Positions 19,132 to 28,357 of a stretch of DNA of 64,000 nt are shown piece after piece. The position numbers were made by a program, and so were the translations under genes. This stretch comes from Candidatus Bathyarchaeia archaeon (GTDB lineage Archaea > Thermoproteota > Bathyarchaeia > Bathyarchaeales > Bathycorpusculaceae), in the NCBI GenBank assembly GCA_038883795.1, contig JAVZLK010000002.1, positions 1-64,000 of the forward strand. The letters run 5' to 3'. The notes below the pieces were generated by a model. It was not told where the DNA came from. It made no database searches and saw only the letters and a list, made by a program, of their open reading frames with translations. Position 1 is the stretch's first letter, and each line of letters begins with the position of its first letter.

Positions 19132-20135
19132 TTGACCCATGGAACCTCAACTTCATCCAAACGCCACTTTAACTTTACAAAACTTTTCTCGATAGGCGTA
19201 GTTAAACTGCTTTTGTAGGCTAATACTCCCGTCCATGCAATCATAGCCCCATTATCAACGGCGAATTCGCTTGGCACCACACAGAATTTAGCGTTATGCT
19301 CTTCTGCTATAGCCTCAACCATCGACTGTAACCTTTTGTTGGCAGCCACCCCCCCAGTTAATAGAACCTCTTTTTTCTCTGTGTGGGCTAAGGCTCTTTC
19401 AGTAACTTCGGTAACCATGGAAAAAGCTGTCTCTTGAAGGCTATAACATAAATCCTCAAGCCTATAGTCACCTTTTTTTAGCAGGTTAACCGCTGCTGTT
19501 AACAAGCCACTAAAAGAAGTGTCCATACCCTTAACAGTATACGGTAAAGGAATCAGCTTTTTCCCTTTTCTTGCAAGTTTTTCCACCATGGCGCCGAAAG
19601 GCATGCCATGACTTTGGCGAAGTCCAGCCTCTATAGCGAACGCATCTAAACAGTTTCCTAGGGCTATATCCAATGTTTCGCCGAAAACTCTGTAACGCCC
19701 AGAATCAAAGGCTGAGACAATGGTGTTTCCGCCAGAAACATAAAGCGTAACAGGATCCTTAACATGCTTTGTTAATTTTCCAATTTCAATATGTGCTATA
19801 CAATGATTAACTCCCACAAGGGGAATGTTAAGATAAGAGGCTAATGCACGGGCTACCGTTGCGCCTGTGCGAAGGCACGGTCCCAACCCTGGTCCTTGAG
19901 AGAATGCTATTACTGATAATTCTCTTGGTTTTAATCCAGATTTTCGGAAAGCTTCTTCTAGGACTTGGCTTGCAACTTCAGCATGGTGTCTTGCCGCTTC
20001 TCTTGGATGGATGCCGCCTTTTTCTGGAATGTAAGCGCTTATTACGTTAGCTAAAATTTCGCCTTCAAACGTTGATATTCCAACACTAAAGTCATCCGCG
20101 GTACTCTCGATACCTAGGCAGTATTTGTCACGGAT
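19128..20135 (-). CDS. kae1: KEOPS tRNA t6A threonylcarbamoyltransferase Kae1
   Basis: Frame is open upstream of the track start (19886): CLGIESTA, GGIHPREAARHH, SQGPGLGPCL, VNHCIAHIE, SGGNT, DNGAMIA. No canonical start in frame before the conserved N-terminus; ATC at 20135 follows an AGGTGA SD. Confidence 0.93.
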   Translation of the reverse strand: MRDKYCLGIESTADDFSVGISTFEGEILANVISAYIPEKGGIHPREAARHHAEVASQVLEEAFRKSGLKPRELSVIAFSQGPGLGPCLRTGATVARALASYLNIPLVGVNHCIAHIEIGKLTKHVKDPVTLYVSGGNTIVSAFDSGRYRVFGETLDIALGNCLDAFAIEAGLRQSHGMPFGAMVEKLARKGKKLIPLPYTVKGMDTSFSGLLTAAVNLLKKGDYRLEDLCYSLQETAFSMVTEVTERALAHTEKKEVLLTGGVAANKRLQSMVEAIAEEHNAKFCVVPSEFAVDNGAMIAWTGVLAYKSSLTTPIEKSFVKLKWRLDEVEVPWVK

Positions 20136-20392
20136 TTTTTGTCACCTGTATATGAGTGTTTAAAACAAACAATAAAAGTCTCTCTGAAGGAAGTTTGGAT
20201 AACCTTAAAAATGTAGATGAGTTTTCTATTGTATGATAGTTTAATGGTGGTTTGTTTGTCCAGTAAGGTTACGGAGCGCACGCTTTATCCCTTTATTGGC
20301 AAGGTTTTGAGAGGTTTGGCTAGCTACTTCCTAGGCGTTTGGAGAGAACGCAGAAGGACTGAAAAATAACTAGTTTGTCTCTAAAAAGCACC

Positions 20393-22135
20393 TTAAGTTT
20401 TACACTCGACCCACGCATAAATTGCTTTGTATGAATTATTTCTATCGATGCTTAAAGTGTTGTGCGCGCATGCACGCGCTAAAATAAGCATCAGGGTTAG
20501 AGAAATTAACAATGCTAAAAGGGTGGCTACTGTTGGAAACCCTGGAATAACCGTATAAACATAATATTTATCTTCGATTATATAGCGATAGTTAATTTTA
20601 TCAGAAACTAAAACACAATATTTAACGGTCGTATTCTCTGGTTGCTCAGGAATCGTGCCTTCATATAATCTCGAAGTTTCATTATGAATCATGTTTGAGT
20701 AACTCCATACATCTTCATTAATTCGATACCAAAGCGAGACATAACATACTTCAACATTTTGACTAGTAATATTAGCCCGAACGGTTACACTTTGATTGGG
20801 CATAACCCTCTCTTGTTCTGGTTCTTGTGTTACGGCAAGAATCTGAACTGGTGGAAGGAAGTATGAGTTATATAGGTTGGAAATTTCATTTTCAGTTAAC
20901 GCTTTACTGTAAATTCTGAAATCGTCAATCCTTCCCATAAAAAACTCGCAAACGTCGTTTCTCTTTCCAATGGTTAATGGGGCATTCCTGTCTTCAGGAT
21001 GGATTCTGCATGTGTAGTTAATGCTTGAATTCTTGTAAGTTCCATTTTTATAAATATGTAATTTGCCTTTTCCATCAATAACTGCAGTTATGAAAATCCA
21101 TTCATTAACAGAAATAGGTTCTTGAAAATATGTCCCATTTCCTAGCCCCCCTTCAGGATTATGGATATAAAAGCTAATTCTGTTAGGTCTCTCGCTTTCA
21201 TTGTTATAAATTACAAAGCACCATTCATGCTCATTGGTTTCATCGCCTTTACCTAGGAAGCGAATGCGTCCATCTTTAGCGGTAGGATAAGAAACTGTGG
21301 CGGGACAAATCCAAAAGGATATGGTCATGCCATTTGGATTATTAACAATACTAAATTCCGGCTCATCTGGGATGCCTATATAATCGTTGATTCCATCCAG
21401 ATAAAGAGCCTTTCCGCTAATCCCGTCTTCAAATTTTAATGGTGTGCAAAAACTTTGTGCATGATAGCCATTTTTTGAACTGTCTTTTAGATTTTCTTCA
21501 AATTGTAACCATAAAACTAAATCGTCATCAACCGAAGGTCCTTTAACATCATAAAGAACAAAGTAAAGGTCTTGGGTAGGATAGGGAATCCATGACTCTC
21601 CCTCATTAGCTGAGGCAAATCTTTGACCCTCTGAATAAGGGTTATTAATACTCATTTTCAACCCAACCCAATCAGAATCGGTCGCACTCCCAACAGATTT
21701 CAATACAATAGCATAGAATGTCCCGTTATTGACTTTGATTTTTAAGCTAAAAGTGTATTTTATAACTGTATAGTTTTCGCTCAAATTGGTAAATGTCTCT
21801 TCATGCAGTTGTCTTCCCAAATTATTGACGGACGTATTCCAAATATATATGCCTATGGAAATTCCAGTTATGGTTCCGTTTTTCATTAAATAAAGGTCAA
21901 TTGTTGTAATGCAAGCATTTGCATCCAACCTGAATGTTTGAGCAACCCAAATGTTATGCTTCATGACAGTTGCGTTCAGAGATTCTATTTGCGAAACTAA
22001 AATGCCATAGGATGCATTAACATGGATGGCAGCAACTACTGGCAGCATCGCAAAAACTAAGGAGAGCACCAACCAATACGCTACCAATATCTTTATGCCA
22101 GTCTGGAACATGCCTCTACTTATGCTTCTCTTCAT
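20393..22135 (-). CDS. Secreted/surface glycoprotein with LamG-like jellyroll and C-terminal PGF/PEF-type sorting signal
   Basis: Hydrophobic N-terminus; LamG_3-like G.ALYLDG.NDY, TISFWI, W..IT.V, GRIDDFRIYSKALT; VIPGFP + TM helix; at least 15 N-x-S/T sequons; visibly AT-rich. Confidence 0.75.
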   Translation of the reverse strand: MKRSISRGMFQTGIKILVAYWLVLSLVFAMLPVVAAIHVNASYGILVSQIESLNATVMKHNIWVAQTFRLDANACITTIDLYLMKNGTITGISIGIYIWNTSVNNLGRQLHEETFTNLSENYTVIKYTFSLKIKVNNGTFYAIVLKSVGSATDSDWVGLKMSINNPYSEGQRFASANEGESWIPYPTQDLYFVLYDVKGPSVDDDLVLWLQFEENLKDSSKNGYHAQSFCTPLKFEDGISGKALYLDGINDYIGIPDEPEFSIVNNPNGMTISFWICPATVSYPTAKDGRIRFLGKGDETNEHEWCFVIYNNESERPNRISFYIHNPEGGLGNGTYFQEPISVNEWIFITAVIDGKGKLHIYKNGTYKNSSINYTCRIHPEDRNAPLTIGKRNDVCEFFMGRIDDFRIYSKALTENEISNLYNSYFLPPVQILAVTQEPEQERVMPNQSVTVRANITSQNVEVCYVSLWYRINEDVWSYSNMIHNETSRLYEGTIPEQPENTTVKYCVLVSDKINYRYIIEDKYYVYTVIPGFPTVATLLALLISLTLMLILARACAHNTLSIDRNNSYKAIYAWVECKT

Positions 22136-22320
22136 AGTAAACTCCGAAATTATCACTTTCCCAACTATTTTTCGTTTTCGCAAAATGTATAATTTACGCG
22201 TGTATGCATGCATCCTTTCAAAGGTTATAAGCCAAAATTCCGTACTAGCCTATGCAATTAAAAATGAGGCAGAGAAAAATGGGCTAAGCTATAACCAGCG
22301 GTCTTTGGGCTGCGCGTGCT

Positions 22321-22407
22321 AATCTCTGCACAAAATCTATAATCTGCACTCCCGTCTCTAAAATCTGCACAAACCCCTCACCTCCCCCCTACCACCCACC
22401 CATACCC
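22321..22407. repeat. Three TCTGCAC direct repeats followed by a C-tract cluster (G-quadruplex consensus on the minus strand)
   Basis: TCTGCAC at 22325, 22343, 22364; minus strand reads GGGTATGGGTGGGTGGTAGGGGGGAGGTGAGGGG (22407-22374). Confidence 0.7.
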
Positions 22408-22560
22408 TATCGATTCGATTCCTAAACAGTAGGCTTTATCTTCTTTTCTTTCTCGCATAGTCTTTAACTCTTCCATAATGTTTTCTTATAAACTGAAACA
22501 TACATCTTTTTATTTAAAATTGCGTATATTATTAGTGTTAAAAGCGTGGAATTGGTGAAA

Positions 22561-22938
22561 ATGCCGAAACGCAATGATTTAGAGCAAAAAGCACTTCAAT
22601 ACATAATGAATACGGGCTTTGAGGGTGTGCTCCAGTCAGAACTATGGCGAAAACTCGGAGCAAGCAGCAGAGAAGGCTCAAGGATAGCCCTAAAACTTGA
22701 AGATAAGAAGCTTATCCGCCGAGAACGGGAACTTCGCGATGGACGGTGGACTTATAGGCTTTATCCGAGGAGGGTTCCAGCGTCAATAGACTCGATAGCG
22801 GATGTTCCATGCTTAAAATGCCCAGACAGCACCAGATGCGACCCCTCAAGCGCCATTTCGCCCCAAACCTGCGAGAAACTCACGGATTGGCTTCTGTCCA
22901 CAGCTAAAAACGAGTCTGACATTTTGGGTGACAGCTAG
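22561..22938 (+). CDS. Transcription factor E beta-like (RPC34 homolog): winged HTH plus Cys-rich Fe-S domain
   Basis: GVLQSELWRKL..SSREGSR..LE, GRWTYRL, then PCLKCP..RC...ISP..CEKL..WL. Confidence 0.8.
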   Translation: MPKRNDLEQKALQYIMNTGFEGVLQSELWRKLGASSREGSRIALKLEDKKLIRRERELRDGRWTYRLYPRRVPASIDSIADVPCLKCPDSTRCDPSSAISPQTCEKLTDWLLSTAKNESDILGDS

Positions 22939-22940
22939 TT

Positions 22941-23555
22941 TTGCCAAAAGCATGGCTTCAAGAAAGAAAAAGAGACTATTATTATAAGAAGGCTAAAGAA
23001 GAAAAATACCGCTCCAGAGCAGCCTACAAACTTTTAGAAGCTGTTCAAAAATATCAGTTTATAAAACGTGGCGATGTTGTCGTTGATTTAGGCGCTGCGC
23101 CCGGTGGTTGGGTTCAAGCGGCGAGAAAAATTGTTGGAGGCAAAGGTTTCGTTTTGGGAGTAGACGTTAAACCCATCGAGCCTTTTCCACAAAGTAATGT
23201 TCGAACAATCATAGGAGATATAACAGAACAAGAAACGATAAAGCGGATTTTGCAAATACTTCCAAGAAAAGCTGACGCCGTAATTTCAGATGCGTCGCCA
23301 AACATTTCTGGAATTTGGGAAATAGACCACGCCCGCCAAATAGACTTGGCGCAATACTCATTAAAAGTTGCTTTAGAAACTCTTAGGTTTCCCGGAAATT
23401 TTTTTGTGAAAGTTTTTCAAGGCGATTTGCTCGATGACTTCATCCAAAGAATGAAGAAACACTTTGAAATTGTAAAAATAGTGAAGCCAAAGGCGAGTAG
23501 GGCTAAAAGTTCAGAAATATTCCTTTTAGGAATGCAGTTAAGAAGAGAATATTAG
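22941..23555 (+). CDS. rlmE: 23S rRNA 2'-O-methyltransferase RlmE/FtsJ
   Basis: YRSRAAYKL, DLGAAPGGW, SDASPN, VKVFQG, KPKASRAKSSE. Confidence 0.95.
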   Translation: MPKAWLQERKRDYYYKKAKEEKYRSRAAYKLLEAVQKYQFIKRGDVVVDLGAAPGGWVQAARKIVGGKGFVLGVDVKPIEPFPQSNVRTIIGDITEQETIKRILQILPRKADAVISDASPNISGIWEIDHARQIDLAQYSLKVALETLRFPGNFFVKVFQGDLLDDFIQRMKKHFEIVKIVKPKASRAKSSEIFLLGMQLRREY

Positions 23556-23589
23556 ACAGCAAATATAAATTCTCTTACCTCCTCTTAAT

Positions 23590-24297
23590 ATGCAAGGTGA
23601 AAAGTTGAAAATTATTGCTGCGGATTCTTCGGCAGCCATACTAAACAACAAGTTTGAGCCCTTAGCCATTGTGGCTGCCGCTTCTGTGTTGGTTAACCCG
23701 CCTTATAAAGAGCCAAGCATGTATTTGGCTGAGCCAATTTTTGCGAAAGCCTCCGATGGGCATGAAGTTGTGGTGCATGAGGCAGAGCTTTGTAGGGAAT
23801 TATTAGGGAAGGTAAAGGCTGATATGGTGCATTTGGACATGTCTCTTGGAGCCATTCCATTGGAGCAATTGTCGCCCATTCAATTCTCAAATATGAAAAT
23901 CTCAAGTAAAGCGAGGCGGAGTCTCATCGGAATCTTGCCTAAACTGCGGAAAATTGCTGGCGAAATAGCACAAAAATATGGAGTTGAAGTCTTAGCTATA
24001 GGAAAAGAAAGCATCCCAGTAAGGATTGCAGAACTAACAGCTGGAGCCCACGCAATATTATACGCATGTGAAAAAGCCGTTAAAGAAGACCAAACTGTTC
24101 TTCTTGGCTTACCCTCTAAATGTCAACATACGCTTTCAGAAAATAGAGTATACCTTAACTCTCTAATGCTTGCAGAACATGACGTAAGAGGTTATGCAGA
24201 AGACACAAAAGAAATTCTGAAAAAGGTTAATATCACAGACATGCTAAATCCCATTGCAAGAGGCTTCAGAATCCTAAAAATAACGCCGAAACAATAA
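23590..24297 (+). CDS. DUF4152-like protein (possible RNase H-like fold)
   Basis: IIAADS..AIL, VVHE..LC, VHLDMSLG, AIGKESIPVRIAEL. Confidence 0.6.
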   Translation: MQGEKLKIIAADSSAAILNNKFEPLAIVAAASVLVNPPYKEPSMYLAEPIFAKASDGHEVVVHEAELCRELLGKVKADMVHLDMSLGAIPLEQLSPIQFSNMKISSKARRSLIGILPKLRKIAGEIAQKYGVEVLAIGKESIPVRIAELTAGAHAILYACEKAVKEDQTVLLGLPSKCQHTLSENRVYLNSLMLAEHDVRGYAEDTKEILKKVNITDMLNPIARGFRILKITPKQ

Positions 24298-24316
24298 CAT
24301 AAATGGTGATTGTTAC

Positions 24317-24901
24317 ATGAGTTTGGAATTTTGGAAGAGTGCTTCACCCCTTGTGAGAAGGATCATAACGATTGTCATCGTTTTCGTTTTTGCTGTAATC
24401 ATAACGACTGTGGGAACATGGACGCCTATTGAAGAACAAGAGGCAAAAGAGATAGATAATGCAATGAATCAAACCATAAATTCGTTGATAACAACTAATG
24501 CTTTGGTGCAATACATTTTTGGAAACAACTTTATGTTTGCCCTCATAATGTTTGTACCCATAATTGGCGTTGCTTTTGGAACTTATGTACTCTTTAACAC
24601 CGGAGCTGTTATAGCGGCTATTGCGATTTCTAAGGGTGTTCCTCCAGCCCTCACTCTAATTGCTTTGTTTTTGACGCCCGTTTTTTGGCTTGAATTCATA
24701 GCTTATTCAACTGCGATGGCTGAAAGTGTTTGGTTAACTTATCGCCTATGGTGGCGCAGAGGCAAACATGAGCTCATAAATGCATGCAAGTTCATTTCAG
24801 TTTGCGCTGTGATTCTTTTGGTGGCTGCAATTATAGAAGCAGCGATGATTTATTCAGTTCAAGAACCGCAGGAATCATTATTTTATTTGCTTTTCCTATA
24901 A
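24317..24901 (+). CDS. SpoIIM / DUF95 family membrane protein
   Basis: IFGNN, several TM helices, P..WLE, LLVAAIIEA. Confidence 0.8.
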   Translation: MSLEFWKSASPLVRRIITIVIVFVFAVIITTVGTWTPIEEQEAKEIDNAMNQTINSLITTNALVQYIFGNNFMFALIMFVPIIGVAFGTYVLFNTGAVIAAIAISKGVPPALTLIALFLTPVFWLEFIAYSTAMAESVWLTYRLWWRRGKHELINACKFISVCAVILLVAAIIEAAMIYSVQEPQESLFYLLFL

Positions 24902-25755
24902 ACCCTTGTTATTTCTAGGCTTATGTCTAATGCCTTTGGGCTGTCTGTTATTTCGCCCAAACTTACAATATCAACTCCTGTTGAAGCGTATTCAGTAATG
25001 TTTTCTGCAGTTATTCCGCCGCTGGCTTCCAGCAAAACCTTTCCTAAAAAGCCTTCCCTTTTTAGAAGTTTAATTGCCTCTGTTATTTGTTTTGGGGAAA
25101 AATTGTCCAGCATGATTATGTCTGCCCCAGCCTTCGCAGCCTTTAATGCATCATTAACGCTTGTGGCTTCAACCTCAATTTTCTTGCTAAAAGATGCGCT
25201 TTCTTTTGCTTTTTTAACAGCCTTTTCAATGTTTCCAGCCACTTTAATGTGATTGTCTTTTATCAAAACCATGTCATCCAAATGGAGCCTATGGGGGTCA
25301 CCGCCACCAAACAACACCGCCTTTTTGTCAAAGTATAAGAGTCCGGGCGCTGTCTTACGTGTGCATGCAACTTTGGTTTTTAACCCTTTCTTTTGAAGTT
25401 TTTCCACTAACTTTTTTGTGGTTGTTGCTATGCCGCTCATGCGTGAAAGAATATTTAGTAGCGTGCGTTCAGTTGAAAGTATCGTTTTTGCGTTTCCAGA
25501 AACTTTCATTAAAATTTGTTTTTCCCTTATTTTTTCTCCATCCAAAACCAGAGTTTCAACTTTAATCCCCAAACTTTCCAGAAGGATTTTTGCTTCTTCA
25601 ATTCCCGCAGCAACTCCAGCCTCTTTCGCAATTACCTCCGCCTCCGCCTCGATTTCTGGTGGAACAATTAATGTTGTGGTTATATCCCCTTGCCCAACAT
25701 CTTCGGCAAGCATTTTTTGAAGTTTTTCTTCCAAAATTTTACGCGGTATAAACAT
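24883..25755 (-). CDS. nadC: Quinolinate phosphoribosyltransferase
   Basis: EDVGQGDITT, ERTLLN, CTRKTAPG, IKDNH, IEVE, MLDN, EASGGI. Confidence 0.96.
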   Translation of the reverse strand: MFIPRKILEEKLQKMLAEDVGQGDITTTLIVPPEIEAEAEVIAKEAGVAAGIEEAKILLESLGIKVETLVLDGEKIREKQILMKVSGNAKTILSTERTLLNILSRMSGIATTTKKLVEKLQKKGLKTKVACTRKTAPGLLYFDKKAVLFGGGDPHRLHLDDMVLIKDNHIKVAGNIEKAVKKAKESASFSKKIEVEATSVNDALKAAKAGADIIMLDNFSPKQITEAIKLLKREGFLGKVLLEASGGITAENITEYASTGVDIVSLGEITDSPKALDISLEITRVYRKSK

Positions 25756-25778
25756 ACTTCACCTTATGTGCATTTGAC

Positions 25779-26969
25779 TTAAAATATTTGCTTGTTCTCT
25801 ACTATCTGGATTATTGTTTCCACAGCCTTGCTTAATCCATCATAATTTAGAACTTCTTTCTGAACCTCTTTGAGGTTTTCTGGAACTTTGCTGTTTAGGA
25901 TGTGCTCAACGCTTTTTAGGAGGTTTTCTTTGCTTAATTCTTCTTGCTGAAGGGTTTTCGCTACGCCTAATTCTTCTGCTTGTTTTGCATTACTAAGCTG
26001 TTCGGTGTGGCTTGGTGTGGGTATAAGTATCATGGGTTTGCCATAGCACATGCAATGGGTTATGGTTCCATGTCCAGCCCGACTTACTATTATGTCGGAA
26101 GCCTTCAAGTATTCAAAACGGTTTGGAATCCACTTATAAATTGTTAAGTTGCCGTGGCGTATGGGTTGGTTATTGTCTGCGTTTGGATAACCAAGCGACA
26201 TGACAATCTCGTAATCTTTTGGAAAATCCAAAAATATTTTCCTCAAAATTCCAGTCAAAAAGGCTCTTTCCCTTATTGGACCGCTTATTGGCGCAAAAAT
26301 AATTGGCTTGTCAACCGGCAACTTCAATTTTTTACGCAGTTCCTTTTCGCTTGCCAACTCGTTGGGATGCACTGGCAATATTGGACCTATGAGCTTCACA
26401 TTTTTTCTGTAAAACTTTGGAATGTTCAAGTTTCCAGCGCATATGGTGTATGGTTTTGGAAAGTCTGGTATCAGCACCATGTTTCCGCTCGTCCAAATTT
26501 TTCCAATGATTGTTAATGTTATGAAATCTGCAAACTTTGCCAAGCGCAAAAACCGTCTTTTCCTTGGAATTATCAGCTGAAACTGATTTAAAATGCAAAT
26601 TCTGGGTATTCCCAAAATTCTTGCCGCTAATAAAGGCGAAATGCGGGAATCCGAAACCACAATGTCGGGCTTAAAACTTTCAATGGTTTGAACTTCAGCA
26701 TTCACCTGTTTCAGAAGAGTGAAGGAAGCCAAAAATGGTCCTGGATTAACTGCTGTTTGTTTAAAATCCACTGTTCCATCAGGCTTGACTTGGAAACCAA
26801 TTGGAGGAGCTTTTATGAGAGGTAATTTTTCCCTTTCTATATAGGGTATGCCTTCGCGGTAAGTGGAAAAAACCACTCCAGCTTTTTTCTCCAAAAGCTT
26901 CTTTGCTATAGGAACACATCTTCCCACATGTCCCAAACCGATTCCGCAAGGAGCAAAATAAACTTTCAT
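25779..26969 (-). CDS. GT-B glycosyltransferase (GT28 / MJ1255-like)
   Basis: GIGLGHVGR, PDIVVSD, SRAGHGT, P...HTEQ..NA. Confidence 0.85.
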   Translation of the reverse strand: MKVYFAPCGIGLGHVGRCVPIAKKLLEKKAGVVFSTYREGIPYIEREKLPLIKAPPIGFQVKPDGTVDFKQTAVNPGPFLASFTLLKQVNAEVQTIESFKPDIVVSDSRISPLLAARILGIPRICILNQFQLIIPRKRRFLRLAKFADFITLTIIGKIWTSGNMVLIPDFPKPYTICAGNLNIPKFYRKNVKLIGPILPVHPNELASEKELRKKLKLPVDKPIIFAPISGPIRERAFLTGILRKIFLDFPKDYEIVMSLGYPNADNNQPIRHGNLTIYKWIPNRFEYLKASDIIVSRAGHGTITHCMCYGKPMILIPTPSHTEQLSNAKQAEELGVAKTLQQEELSKENLLKSVEHILNSKVPENLKEVQKEVLNYDGLSKAVETIIQIVENKQIF

Positions 26970-26973
26970 GAAA

Positions 26974-27600
26974 TTATTTCCCGCCGAGGGCTTTAAGCCT
27001 AACCTCGCCTCTCGGTTTTTCTTCTTCAAAAATTATAGCTTGGAACTTGTAAATCTTTGTGCCTTCCAGAAGCCAATTGTCTGGTGGTAAACCCGCCTTT
27101 ATGCAGCATTGACAAAGAAATTCTTCTTCATCCCATTCCCATTCAACCGGCACCTGTGGCAAAAGCAGTCCTTTAAACGGGCCTCTTTCAACAATCAATC
27201 CGTCCATTCCAACCTTAATTTTTGTTGGATAATCCTTAGGTTTTTCAACCCTAACGAGTTGAGGAGGTGTTAATACGCTTACTTCAAAAACAACCTTGTC
27301 CAATTCATCCAAAGAAAGCGGATAAAATCTTGGGTCTTGGGTTGCCGAGCTTATAGCTGAGTCGATAACCGCCTCAACCAACGGATTTGTTGGGTATGGA
27401 TATCCAATGCAGCCCCTCAGTTCCTTTTCTTCATTTATTATACTGTTTATTGTGACGAAAACTCCGCAAGGTTGTAGAAACTTTTCTGGCGTATTTTCTG
27501 GGGCTTTAATGCGTTTTCTTTTTTGTAAGTATTCTTCTACGGCTTTGCGTGCAAGCTCAACTAAAAATCTTCCTTCTTCTAAGCTAAGCTCAAATGACAA
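26974..27600 (-). CDS. AMMECR1 domain protein
   Basis: GVFVT, LRGCIG, DPRF, EVSVLT, GLLLPQV, C.KAGL. Confidence 0.92.
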   Translation of the reverse strand: MSFELSLEEGRFLVELARKAVEEYLQKRKRIKAPENTPEKFLQPCGVFVTINSIINEEKELRGCIGYPYPTNPLVEAVIDSAISSATQDPRFYPLSLDELDKVVFEVSVLTPPQLVRVEKPKDYPTKIKVGMDGLIVERGPFKGLLLPQVPVEWEWDEEEFLCQCCIKAGLPPDNWLLEGTKIYKFQAIIFEEEKPRGEVRLKALGGK

Positions 27601-27677
27601 TTCGTTTTCCTCTGATTATTTGATGAATATTCTGTTGTATAATCTGAAGGTTTTAAACTTTCCTTGAAAGCGCTGTT

Positions 27678-28298
27678 TTAGAATTTTATTGATTCTTCTC
27701 TTGCGCCATCCTTTGTTAGGTAAAGAAAATCTATGCCGTCACCGCTCATTATGTCTCGGCTAATGGCTGATTTTATTGCTCTTATAACTAAATCTCTTGC
27801 TTCCTCCACAGTCATGCCTTCTCTATATCCCTCTTCCAGCACTCCCATGGCGATTTCGGTTCCAGAGCCCACGACTGCATACTTGTCCGGTATTACAGAG
27901 CCTAAAACGTCTAACACGTAAAGAGATGCGCCTTCCTCGTCTATTCCACCTACAATTGTTTGGGTTATTAGTGGGGCTAATCGTCGGGCAAAAAGCAGAT
28001 TTGACATGAGTTTAGCAGTTGACCTTACGGAGATTGGTCTGTTACAGTCTAAACCGAAAAGGTTGGCGTAAGCTTCCACTTCCCTAACAAGAATTTGCAT
28101 GTCTGAAACCAGTCCCGCGCATGCGGCGCCTATACGCTCTGTTATTTTGAAAACCTTTTTCCCACCTTTGCTGACAACCAAATAACCATAAGAAACACGT
28201 TTTTCAGAGGCTAATATAACACCGTCTGAACAAACGACGCCAACTGTTGTGGCGCCTGGTACCCAAAGATACTCGCCACGTTGAGCTTGCCCTTCCAT
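27678..28298 (-). CDS. psmB: Proteasome beta subunit
   Basis: Short propeptide then GATTVGVV (catalytic Thr), GLVSD, GSG, RDIMSGDG. Confidence 0.93.
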   Translation of the reverse strand: MEGQAQRGEYLWVPGATTVGVVCSDGVILASEKRVSYGYLVVSKGGKKVFKITERIGAACAGLVSDMQILVREVEAYANLFGLDCNRPISVRSTAKLMSNLLFARRLAPLITQTIVGGIDEEGASLYVLDVLGSVIPDKYAVVGSGTEIAMGVLEEGYREGMTVEEARDLVIRAIKSAISRDIMSGDGIDFLYLTKDGAREESIKF

Positions 28299-28357
28299 GT
28301 CATTCACCTTTTCCGTCATATACGCAAGCAACCTATTAAACTTAATCGTAAAATCTT

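Noticed and set aside
27594-27647. C/D box sRNA-like pattern ATGACAA...CTGA...TGATGA...CTGA
   Set aside because: The C box is degenerate, the spacers are uneven (11 and 17 nt), and the region is the SD/promoter of the minus-strand AMMECR1 gene; no target can be shown.
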